Shown here one piece after another: positions 28,160 through 38,769 of a stretch of DNA of 64,000 nucleotides (position 1 is the first letter of the stretch; each line of letters starts with the position of its first letter). The stretch is taken from the NCBI RefSeq assembly GCF_018350175.1, contig NC_058374.1:58962001-59026000 (forward strand), written 5' to 3'. The stretch comes from Felis catus. Taxonomy: Eukaryota. Position numbers and translations under genes: made by a program. The notes beneath the pieces were generated by a model. The model was not told the DNA's origin. It searched no databases and saw only the letters and a program-made list of their open reading frames with translations.

Positions 28160-28241
28160 TCTAAATATTACTAACTTTATAAGACATAAATCACAGAAAA
28201 TCTAAATATTACTAACTTTATAAGACATAAATCACAGAAAA
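28160..28241 (+). repeat. Perfect 41-bp tandem duplication
   Basis: tctaaatattactaactttataagacataaatcacagaaaa x2. Confidence 0.97.
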
Positions 28242-28643
28242 GAGAACTCCCCTTTTTAAAATAAAGGTAAACTGTATTAGTTTCCTCATATCTATATAAG
28301 GTTCCTTCTATCTCTGAAAGTACATAAGCCCAATAAAAATGCTTCCGTAACCATTTACTGAATAAGAACTCTGCAATGCTATACCTGTAAAACTAATAAA
28401 TACATAATTATAAATTGTGTTAAGTGTTACACAGGACAAAACATATTGCTATAAGATAAAATAATAGGGGATCTAATACAGGTTGGGGAAGGCTATACAC
28501 TGAATTGCATCTGCCCTCCTGCTAAATTCATATACTGAATCCCTAACCCCTAATGATAGTATTTGGAGATGGGGTATTTGCAAAAGAATTAGGTTTAGAT
28601 AAGGTCATGAGAGTGGGGCCTTCATGATAGGAATAGCTCCCTT

Positions 28644-29060
28644 TTTTTCAAGTTTTTATTTAAATTCTAGTTAATTAATATACATGGCAAAATTTGTTTC
28701 AGGTATAGAATTTAGTGATTCATCACTTACATATAATACCCAGCGCTCATCACAAGTGCCTCCTTTAATGCTCGTCATCCATTTAGCCCATCCCTTCACC
28801 CACCTCTTTCCATCAACCCTCAGTTTGTTCTCTACAGTTAAGAGTCTCTTACAGTTTGCTTCCTTCTCTCTCTCTCTCTTTTTCTCCCCCCTTCTCCTAT
28901 GTTCATCTGTTTTGTTTCTTAAATTCCACATATGAGTGAAATCAGATGATATTTGCCTTTCTCTGACTGACTTATTTCACTTAGTGTAATGCACTCTAGC
29001 TCCATCCATGCACTTGCAAATGGCAACATTTCATTGTCTTTGATGGCTGAATAATAACCC

Positions 29061-29100
<40 letters not shown>

Positions 29101-29780
29101 AACTAGGTATCCTATAATTTATTGCTGAACTGTACCACATCCCATAAGTTAAGGGTCTAGAACCACAAGAATTATATGTACAATCTCCCACATCTTCTTT
29201 ATCCGTTCATCTGTTGATGGACATTTGGGCTCTTTCCACAATGTGGCTATTGTTGATAATGCTACTATAAACATCAGGGTGCATTTGCTCCTTTGAATCA
29301 GTATTTTTGTATCCTTTGGGTAAATGATTCATAGTTCAATTGCTGAGTCACAGGGAGGTAGTTCAAGTTTCTGAGGAACCTTCACGCTGCTTTCCAGAAT
29401 GGCTGCACCAGTTTGCATTCCCACCGACAGTGTAAGAGGGTTCCCCTTTCTCTTCAGGCTTTTGTTTCCTGTGCTGTTAGTATTAGCCATTCTGACATGT
29501 GTGAGGTGGTATCTCATTGTGGTTTTGATTTGTATTTCCCTGATGGCAAGTGATGTTGAGCATCTTTTCATGTGTCTGTCTGTTAGCCATCTGGATGCAT
29601 TCTTTGGAAAAATGTTTGTTCGTGTCTTCTGCCCATTTCTTAACTGGATTATTTACTTTTTGGGTGTTGAGTTTGATAAGTTATTTATAGATTTTGGATA
29701 CTAATCCCTTACAAGATACATCATTTGCAAATATCTTCTCCCATTTCATAGGCTGTCTTTTAGTTTTGTTGATTGTTTCT
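28644..29780 (-). mobile_element. 5'-truncated carnivore L1 (ORF2 C-terminus + 3' UTR) with TSD
   Basis: [24 protein letters not shown] (ORF 29329-29571); YYSAIKDNEMLPFASAWMELECITLSEISQ; TSD ggaatag(ct/tg)ccctt at 28630-28643 and 29782-29795. Confidence 0.93.
29064..29099 (+). repeat. (CA)n microsatellite inside the L1
   Basis: Direct reading. Confidence 0.95.
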
Positions 29781-30362
29781 GGGAATAGTGCCCTTATAAG
29801 AAGAGACAACAGAGAGTTTCTGTCTCTTTCTCTTTGCCATGTGAGGACATATCAAGAAGGTGGCCATCTCAGAGCCTGGAAGAGAACCTTCATTGAACCT
29901 AACCATGCTAGCACTCAGATCTCAGACTTCCAGCCTCTAGAACCGTGGGAAAACAAATTTCTATTGTTTAAGCCACCTATCCACCTGTCACATTTTGTTA
30001 TGACCACCTATGCTAAGATTATAAGGCTGTCAAGTAATGCCTCCCTCGTGTAGTAACATTTCAGCTGAGACTTAAAGGATGAGTAGGAACCAGACACATA
30101 AAGTGTATGAAAAGCATTTCAGGTAGGAGATAGCATGTGAGTGGAACTGCAGCTAAGAAGAGAAGAGTGACTTTGAGGAACTGTAAGAAGGGCAAAGCTA
30201 TGAGGGTTGAGGAGGAGGATGTGGGGATGGAAAAGCCAGATTAGACAGGTGCTTAAAGGCAACATTACAAATTTTTGTCTTTATCCTATGCGCAAGGTTT
30301 AAAGCAAGGTAATAATAGGAACAAAATTTTATTTTAAAAAGATTACTGATTACAGTCTAGAG

Positions 30363-30659
30363 CAGGGCTGTCCAGTGGAAATACACTGCCAACCACATAG
30401 GACATTTAAATTTTCTATTATTCACATTTTTAAAAGTGAAAAGAAATGTATCAAACTATTTTTACTGATAGATCTTATTTAACCCAACATATCCAAACCA
30501 TCAGGTCATTATCATATCAACATACAAGTTCATTGACATCTTACATTTTTTACATTCAGTGTGTACTTTAAACTTCCAGCACATCTCAGTTCAAACCTGC
30601 AGCATTTCCAGTGCTCAGTAGCCACATGTGGCTGGTGGCTACCACCTTAGACAGTGCAG
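30363..30659. mobile_element. MER33-like hAT MITE within L2, 8-bp TSD
   Basis: cagggctgtccagtgga...gtgctcagtagccacatgtggctggtggctaccaccttagacagtgcag; TSD (g/a)tctagag. Confidence 0.85.
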
Positions 30660-31275
30660 ATCTAGAGAATGAACTGGGGCAAGAGGGTGCAGGCATGGGA
30701 GCAGAGAGCTCAACTGAGAGATTACTGCAGAAGTCCCAGTGAGGCAGGTGTTGCTTGGGTTAGGCTAGTAACAAGTCACTAATAGGCTAGTAACAGAAAG
30801 TAAAAGGATTTCAGATTAGTTTGGAAGGAGTTAAGAGTAATAGAAAGGAAGGAATGTGAGGAAAAGCATTAAAAGGTATATACAACCAGAAATAAACCAT
30901 AGGATAATTCTAAGACTGTTCCTAATTAATGCTTTTGATCTTAAATTTCCTCTTTGTAGAAGGGCCTTAGCAGGATATACAATTTCACTATCACTTACGA
31001 TTTTATTATTTTCTTTTTTATACTTATTTTCATTTTTGATCAACTGCTTCTGACTTGGTTTGCTTCAAAATTCCTATTTCTTTTTTCAAAATTCCTATTT
31101 CTTTTTTCATCTGCATAGTTAATTCAACTTGATTTAACAGATATAATTGAATGACAGATTTGTGCAAAGCTTTGTGCTAAACACTGGAAAGATTTAAAAA
31201 AATAAGAAATGAAACCCATATTAAGAAGTTAAGTCTAATATATGAGAGCTAAAATGTTTACTCTTTCTCTCCATT

Positions 31276-33861
31276 GTTTTTGCTGGGTTTTGTTTGTTTA
31301 GGGGTGACAAAATTACACTAGGCAGCTTTACTTGTAGAATTTGATCCAAAAATCCAGAAAAAGCATAAATAAAAGGAGCTGAGTCTCTATTATGTTAGTA
31401 CACAAAATAAACCAAAATTTCCATCAACTGTTACCATGAGATCATATAAGTGTATTTGCAAATGATCTGATAAGGGAAACATGATTTAAAACATGGGAAA
31501 CTTCTAACAAGCAAAGACTTAAAGGCACCGCACTGTATATCCCCTAGATTAGGTTAGCATGAATGAACAAAAAAGTAGGTCCAAAATGCATTCCCCAAAC
31601 ACCTTCTTCAGATGGAGACTTCAATAATAGTCTGTGGTAAAAAACAAACAAACAAACAAACAAACAAAACCACCAACTCCTGTTCTTCATCATATTGGAT
31701 GGTCATTTTTGTCCATTTTTCCTCATGATGATGATTCCATTTTACATCCTTCAGTTATTATGAAAACAATTCAAATCCACAGAATAGCAGACACTTCCAT
31801 TCTTGCATGTGTAGGTCGTGCAGGGAGATCCAGCCATGTTGACACTGAGGTGCTAAGCCTTAAAATGCCACCTCTGTCCAGACAAGTTTTTCTGATATCA
31901 TAGGCAGTGTTATCAGCTAAGCAGGGGTCACTGACTCAGCGGGGACAGCAATGCCTTTCCAAGATGACTGTGTACTCGCAGCTCAATTTGGAGCGAGTGG
32001 CCTGTAATCTAACTCTCTTTCCAGACACCAGCACTGTTGACAGCTGTGAGTCCAATTGTCTCCATTTTGATACAGCTTGTGTTCATTATGATCTAAATAT
32101 TGACTCGTGACATTGGTGTCACACTTTGGGCAACAGAAAAGGTCAACGTTTGGATTCCAGCAAACACAAGTTATCTACTGGCAGAGTATCTTTTGGTCCT
32201 CACAGGAATGGAGAGAACACCTGTTTTCTTTCACAATCCACACCTGCCATTTGCACTTCAGTCTTCCTTCATGTGGGCAGTCACCAGAGCAGGAGGGCCC
32301 ATAAAGACAGAGGCAGTCAAATCCCCCTGCCAGGTTGATGGAGGCAGAATCATTCCAACAGGTATAAGTTCTTAAAGCACATTCGTCAATGTCAATATAG
32401 GCCTCCTTGGACAGTGAATAGGTCCCATCATTATAAAAACCACTTCTGCACTCACAGTCGTACCAACCAGCAGGAATAGTTGTGGCACTCTACGATTTCC
32501 CCTGTGCATTCATCAATATCTTTTTCGCAGTGGCTTCCTTTGAATCCAGATGCATTTGTTAAGAGCCACAGATATTCCATATCCACTGCCCTCTTGGCAG
32601 AATTCTCTGCAGATGGTCCCAATCCCCACATAGCCCAGTTTGCAGGTGCAGCAGTGTCCCGGCCAGTGTTGGTGCAGATGGCATTCTCATCCCAGTTGTG
32701 CTGCCCAGGGCCATATTCATTATACTCTGTACAAGAGAAGTTACCCACAACGAATGTATCCCAGGACACAGTCACAGTGATATAAGCCAGGCAAGTTTAC
32801 ACACATAGTAGTAGCATGACAGTAATGCATCTTAGCTGCACACTCTTCAATATTTCTACAGCAGTCAGAATCTCTCTGGGCAGAGATACAATCATTCTTG
32901 CACTCACAAGTAGCTTTTGTGTTCTAGTTTTTGCACTGTGAGTTTTCACCACATTTAGATCTTTCTGTAGAAAAGTTATAACCTCTACTGCATGTGATTC
33001 TTTTCTGAGCAGTTCAAAGGAGGGCACGCTTCTGTAATTTTTTAGTAAAACTCCACCTCAGCATTCCCAGCAGCTTTTAGCTAAAATCCACTGGCTTTCT
33101 GAAAGGACTTTTCCTGCACAGACACATTTTGCTCAGCAGACTTTACAGCACTGGCCAGCGATGTGCATGAGGAGGGATCCTGGGGAGCAACCGGGAAGGG
33201 GACAGGAAATTCTTCAACATTCCACAGCACCACGTTTGCATGTGCATTTCCTGTAGTGATCACCATCAACCCAGAAGACCTGGTCTCTGTAGAGTGGTCC
33301 ACTCACTTGGCAAGTCTTCTTGCAGTGACAGTTTTCCAAATGACTAAGTCTTGTCGCTGCATAATTTAGTTTTTTAGGCTTGGCCAAAAGCCTCTGTAAA
33401 TCCACTATTCCTTGCATCAGGCTTAAAAAAATCACTGCAAGTTGGCAAGGGTGATTCAGGTTCAGACACTGTGTTATGTATCCATTTGGCATAAAGATAA
33501 TATTCCCATCCCAGATGATGATTCCCTTGAATAAATCATGCTTTTGGTTTCACTGACAAATGCGAACTTGTGCCACTGTCCACCTGCCATCCAGTACAGA
33601 AGGTTTTCAGTCCTGGGCTTCCTGTGATGTTTATAGTGGTATCAAATCTCATCCCTCAAACCAATGCTCTTCAGTTCAAAATAGCTGTGTTCCAGTTCTC
33701 AAATGGACAGTGTCACTCCTAAAGTTAATGATTTCTGCTGTACAGTGGTCAAGAAGAATAACTCTTATTCCAGAACAGCTGAGTCAATTTCTTACTCACA
33801 TGAGGGGCTGCATGGATCTCTCTTTGTATACCTTGGTATACCTTTGTATACCTTTGTATAC
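31276..33861 (-). pseudogene. NELL1: Processed (retrotransposed) pseudogene of NELL1, lacking the 5' exons, with frameshifts, stops and deletions; includes 3' UTR and decayed poly(A)
   Basis: Minus-strand translation fragments match NELL1 in order without introns: IQREIHAAPHVS.KL.QLF; ELEHSYFEL; MAGGQWHK; MPNGYITQCLNLNH...KLNYAATRLSHLENCHCKKTCQVSG.LYRDQ..WVDGDH (ORF 33214-33492); FSCTEYNEYGPGQHNWDENAICTNT and SGFKGSHCEKDIDEC (ORF 32452-32775); C-terminus MAGSPCTTYTCKNGSVCYSVDLNCFHNN-stop (TGA at 31751-31753). The terminal ...NN is NELL1-type, not NELL2 (...CLQEL). NELL1-like 3' UTR at 31300-31750, AGTAAA at 31327-31332, A-rich remnant at 31276-31299. Several Arg codons are converted to TGA. 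Confidence 0.96.
33822..33861 (-). repeat. 4x tandem 10-mer (GTATACAAAG) at the 5' junction of the NELL1 retrocopy
   Basis: Plus strand: ctttgtatac cttggtatac ctttgtatac ctttgtatac. Confidence 0.95.
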
Positions 33862-33960
33862 TCCAGGTTTCCTCAGTTCATGTCCCCTTCCTACATCTTC
33901 AAAGTCAGCAGTGTGGCATCTTAGAATCTCTGCTTCTATCCTCATGCTATACCTCTCTTT
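33862..33960 (-). mobile_element. MLT1 (ERVL-MaLR) LTR fragment abutting the pseudogene 5' end
   Basis: Minus strand gcagagattctaagatgccacactgctgactttgaagatgtaggaaggggacatgaactgaggaa resembles the MLT1 motif ctgctggctttgaagatggaggaaggggccacgagccaaggaa. Confidence 0.7.
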
Positions 33961-34059
33961 ATCTTGTCTTTCCTGTTTCACAATAGTTTCCAGTTTTCAG
34001 TTTCATCCAGAACATTCTCAGACAATGTGTACACCCCTATTTTTGGCAGAATATCTGAT

Positions 34060-34560
34060 CATTCCATCAGGGTCAGTCAGAAGGACAAAATCACTGTAGG
34101 TATTTTGAACAAAATAGGGTTTAACATTGGGAATGAAAGACTTACCAAACCATTCAAAGGGCTAGGAGAGCGAATGTCAGGGAAGCCCCTGCACGCTTTC
34201 AGGAAATCTAGAAGTGCAAGAACATAAGGAAAGCTGCTTCCATTGATCTTAGCTGATTCACAAAAGTGAATGTTTCTCAGGAGGATGTTTGGAAGCCACT
34301 GGAAAAACTTCACATTAACCATCTCCAAGCCCTCACCTGCCTGCCTATGGTTGCCACTGAAGAATAGTGGATTTTTTTTTTCCTTTTTATATTTTGAGGA
34401 AAAACCTCCCATAAGGGAATATAACCTGAAACCTTCTGGTGAGGGATTTTGGAAAATATAGTTCCCAGGATCCTTCCCTGCAATGGAAGGGAGAATATAC
34501 AAAGAGGGTGGGCATGAAGCTAAGTTGAAATATACAACCATGCATGTGTAGATTGGACAT
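34060..34560 (-). mobile_element. Ancient ERV solo LTR (LTR78/LTR79-like)
   Basis: tcagggtcagtcagaaggacaaaatcactgtaggtattttgaac is the reverse complement of a typical LTR 3' end; the motif gagggattttggaaaatatagttccc is also present. Subfamily assigned from memory. Confidence 0.55.
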
Positions 34561-34741
34561 ATTGTTAGTTCTGAGATAAAATATTGTATGGCTATAAGTC
34601 TCAAATATGCAATTTTAACTTTGTACTCCCAAATAAATTTTTAATTAGATTTCTAACATTTATATCCTGAATAATGTTTCTTTCACCAGGGTCAGAAAGT
34701 ACCTTAGGGAGTTCAAAGGCAACTAAGCCCTGGAAAAATAT

Positions 34742-35205
34742 TGAGAGACTGAATATACAAATGGAAAATAGACCATATATAAAAATAGAACTTTGATCCA
34801 CAACCTGCAGCAACCTGCCCAGGAAACCAATCCCTTTATGTACGATAAACAACCCAGGAAGCCAGCCAACTTNNNNNNNNNNNNNNNNNNNNNNNNNNNN
34901 NNNNNNNNNNNNNNNNNNNNNNNNNNNNNNNNNNNNNNNNNNNNNNNNNNNNNNNNNNNNNNNNNNNNNNNNNNNNNNNNNNNNNNNNNNNNNNNNNNNN
35001 NNNNNNNNTTTCAATTTAGGACCAAGCAGAGAAAGTCAAGTACACACCCTAACCAATCACATAAGATGCTCCACTTCTAGTTAGCCTGCTTACAGCTTCT
35101 CCATGACAACAACCTCCAATCAGGACACACCTGAAGCCTTTCCTTTTTTCCACTCTGAAGCTTTCCCAATTTTGCATTTTTCATTTGGTTGATTTTATTT
35201 CTATA
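34742..35205 (+). mobile_element. ERV1-class solo LTR spanning an assembly gap
   Basis: Starts TG; gaccatatataaaaatagaactttgatccacaacctgcagcaacc...aaccaatcacataagatgctccacttctagttagcc motifs typical of ERV1 LTRs. Confidence 0.6.
34873..35008. other. Assembly gap (136 N)
   Basis: N run. Confidence 1.
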
Positions 35206-36478
35206 GCACTCATCAATTTCGGATTTGATCTAAAAAGAAACTGTATTTTGCAAGGGAAATAATGCATGGATTTCTAGGCACCAATTTTTCCATATGTAGC
35301 AGGCACTATGGCACAATGGTTAAGTGCCTGAGTTCTGGAATCAGAAAACCAGACTTCATCTTGTATCATTTTCACTGTCTAGCTGTATTATTTAGGGTTG
35401 TTAAAAGGATTAAACTAGGTGATTGTCGTGAACTGCAATATCTAATTTCGTACTATCATTACCTTCTCTTTCCAATCTCATGACCTCCATCCTGTTCCAC
35501 ACATAAATTACCTCTTCATTCATCATCCTTTCTCCATCTGATCCTTCCTTCAGCTCATCTAACAAGAAGCAACCAAATAAATCTTCCTCAACTACTATCA
35601 TTCCCTACTCAAAAAACCCCAAGGCCTTTAAAGACATCCATAATCCACCTTTCCACATCTTCTCACTCTCTCTTACAAGAATGACCTTCCATGCTAGCCA
35701 AATACACATATTCACTGGTCTAGAAGTATCCCACAAAATCCCATACAAATGACAATTTTCCCTCCATTGCTCATATTTGAAATAAACCACACCTCCTTTC
35801 TCAATATCTGAATCTTACATTTCATTTACAGTCCAGCTCAAATCCTCTCTCTCCCATGAGGCCTTATCAGACAACTGCATTCCATAGTGATTTCCTCCTC
35901 TCTAAAGCCCTAAAGCTTTTATTAGATTCACTGAATCATATTCTGGTTTGAATGGATACAACTTTTCATGTATGTGTATCAAAACCTCAGTGAGAAAATA
36001 ATATTTCTGAAGGAAGGGACAGTAGTTTATTCTTTTTTGTGTATATGTAAGTACAGGAACAATAATCATTATTCAGAACTATGGTTCCGTTACTGTGCTG
36101 AACATTTCATTTTATCTGATTTAATCCTCTCCAGAACTCTTGAGGGAGAGACTATAATTAGTCACTTATCAGGCAAGAAAATTTAAGCATAGAGAGGTTG
36201 AGTTATTTGCCCAAGTTCACAGAATTAGTAAGATGGATTTGAACCATGTAGGTATCTCTGACTCCACAGCTTATGCTATTAATAACCTTTTGTGGATTAA
36301 TTAAACATACTGATTTATGAAATCTTTCCAGACATGCATATACATTTCCTCTCTTTATTTCCAATGTCCCCTTCAGAAACCCAAATATGGGATTCATTTT
36401 AGAGATCATATATTTCCACAATGCAATCAATTTCCTAAGGCATCTGTGATCAGGAAGGCATCAAAAAGTACATTTACT

Positions 36479-36626
36479 GGGGCACCTGGATGGCTCAGTC
36501 AGTTAAGTGGCTGACTTTGGCTCAAGTCATGATCCTGAATTTCATAGGTTCGAGTCCCATGTCGGCCTCTAAGCCTGCTTCGGATTCCATGTCTCCCTCT
36601 CTCTCTGTCCCCACCACTACTCACGT

Positions 36627-36683
<57 letters not shown>

Positions 36684-36709
36684 AGTAAATAAACATTAAA
36701 AAATTTTTA
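36479..36709 (+). mobile_element. Can-SINE (SINEC_Fc) with expanded (CT)n
   Basis: ggggcacctggatggctcagtcagttaag head; aaaagtaaataaacattaaaaaattttt tail; degenerate TSD aaaa(g)tacattt. Confidence 0.93.
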
Positions 36710-37065
36710 AAAATACATTTCCTTAGACATGTAAGTTGTTCAGAATTGAGACATTGCAGAAGAAATCATATGAGACCATGAAACATCTATTTGCCATTCA
36801 TTCCTATTTTGAGCAGAATTTGGGTGCCACTATTCACGGCTGGGTTTTAGAATACAGGTCTTAGGTCCCAGCTAAAAAGAAGAATAGTTGTTATTTATAG
36901 CATTTCAGTAATATATGATGATCAGAACTAATGTAAAATTTTAAATATTGAATATTCCATAAAGTTTTATTGTGAGAAAGGATATTTTTGGCTTTTGATT
37001 CATTTGTTTTTTACTTGTTCTCCCAATAATTTTGGTATATATTAATTTTTAAAATGGTGTGGGGT

Positions 37066-37190
37066 GGGGCATCTGGCAGGCGCAGTTGGGAGAGCATGTG
37101 ACTCTTGATCTCAGAGTCATGAGTTCGAGCCCCATGTGGGGTGTAGAGATTATTTACATAAATAAAAGGTAAAAATAGTAAAATAAAATA
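37066..37190 (+). mobile_element. Short tRNA-Lys-like carnivore SINE without the CT block
   Basis: agagcatgtgactcttgatctcagagtcatgagttcgagccccatg + gtgtagagattat + A-rich tail; degenerate TSD aaaat..tgtgg. Confidence 0.88.
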
Positions 37191-38769
37191 AAATTATGTG
37201 GAGAGGTAGAAGCATGGTGAGGTTGGAAAAAAAGTATCTTACAGTTTTAAATTCTCTAATCACAGAAGTATATGAACTCCCTTGAGTCTTACTGAATTAA
37301 AACAAACAAACAAACAACACTACCTAATTTTAAACCTGACCTCAATTCAAGAATGTTAAACTGATTTGGCTCTTTCTGCAACCCATGGAAAGGAAAGGAA
37401 ATCCTGACGAGGAAATTCTAATTCAAAGAGGGTAATGTTAAACAAAGATCTTTCTCCAAAGTATAAAGAGGCCATATCTTTATTTTATTCTTGTTTGTTC
37501 AATAAAAATACAAATGTATGGAAAGGAAATGAAAATTTCAATCAACATTCAGTGGTAATTAAAAGCAATTGTAGTCCTCAGGCTGTTTCTTTCCAATATG
37601 ATCCAGTGATCAGAAGGAATTGGAAATGATTACATTTTAACTAGAAACACATTTCTGTCCAGAACTGAGCTTCGAAGCATGAAAAAGGCACAGTGGTGGC
37701 CCCTGTTTGTGTTTCCATCTGGGGCTCTAATTTGAACTTCAGTGATTATTCTGCCAGACTTCTGGCTGTGCAAAGATCCAGAAAGTCAAAGCCAGCATAT
37801 TCTTGTATGCTGTTTCATGCAAAAAAATAAAATTGCACCAATTACCATGTTTGCATTTTGTAGAATGGCTCTATTTAAATCGATTATAGGTTAAACAAGA
37901 GTGTTTGTAAAATTCACAGCTCAGAGTTAATCTGGCTTTATTCCAGGACATCCGAATCTGAAAAGTGATTGTGAGCACTCTTGGAAAAAAAAAAAATATT
38001 TCTATTACAATGGTCTGTAACAGAAAACAGTTTGGAACAATTAAATTTGGCTTGATTTTCAAATTAAGAAATTCATCCCATGGTTGGCCTTTTATCTGAA
38101 AGATTTCTTCAAATTCCATTAAAAGCTCTCATCATTTTCTGATGTTGTTAGTGTTTCTAAAATGACATCATCATCAGTGATAAGGATAAAAGCAGTAAAA
38201 AATGTAACGCCTCATGCCAGGAATTACTTGGTCATAGAAAGCACCTGAAGGCTGTTGTAGTTGCTCTGTTCACAGCTCCTGACACCGGGAATTCTGTTTT
38301 CTGTGGCCAGGAAAGAACAGTGTGAAGTCACAGAAGTCTTGAGAGGGAAAAAGATAGCTCTGTGGCCCCTAAAGAACTTGGCAACTTACTATATTTGACA
38401 TGAAATATACAGCTCTTTCATTTTCTTATTCTAAGCACACATGAGTCTTTTTGATCAATGAATCTCTGCTCCTGATTCTTATCCTTAGGATCTAATTGTT
38501 ACTTAGAATTTTTATGTAAAGTTTTTAAAGGATATGATATAATTCTTGGGGTTTTCAAAATTTCTTTATAAGGTATGAAAACTTAATTCCTATAAAATAA
38601 CAGAGTAAGATCCTCCTACCTCTGTCTGTAATCATTCAGTGATATTTTATTACCAAAACATCTTCCTCAGGAAGATAAAGGGGACAAATGCTCTAATAGG
38701 AAAAGCAGATCATGATTCACAGGAACTAGTCAGATGCTCTCAGATGGTGTATTCTTTTCATTGATTTTA

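Larger units (their letters stand above)
28492..30021 (+). mobile_element. MLT1A-type MaLR LTR split by an L1 insertion
   Basis: aaattcatatactgaatccctaacccc...taaggtcatgagagtggggcc | cccttataagaagagac...gacttccagcctctagaaccgtgggaaaacaaatttctattgtttaagcc. Confidence 0.88.

Noticed and set aside
32452-33492. NELL1-like ORFs as exons of a live gene or a functional retrogene
   Set aside because: There are no introns, the frames shift repeatedly, conserved cysteines are lost and there are in-frame stops.
25161-33861. Short repeats as a CRISPR-like repeat-spacer array
   Set aside because: The units are unrelated to one another, there is no repeat-spacer periodicity, and the DNA is mammalian.
33560-34099. 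179-aa plus-strand ORF
   Set aside because: It is the antisense frame of the NELL1 pseudogene running through the tandem 10-mer and LTR fragments, with no recognisable protein; most likely chance, although transcription was not testable.
34077-34604. 175-aa minus-strand ORF
   Set aside because: Lies within an LTR remnant; no protein similarity.
37066-37145. tRNA-Lys-like sequence as a tRNA gene
   Set aside because: It has the SINE 5' leader, an A-rich tail, a TSD and broken stems: a tRNA-derived SINE.
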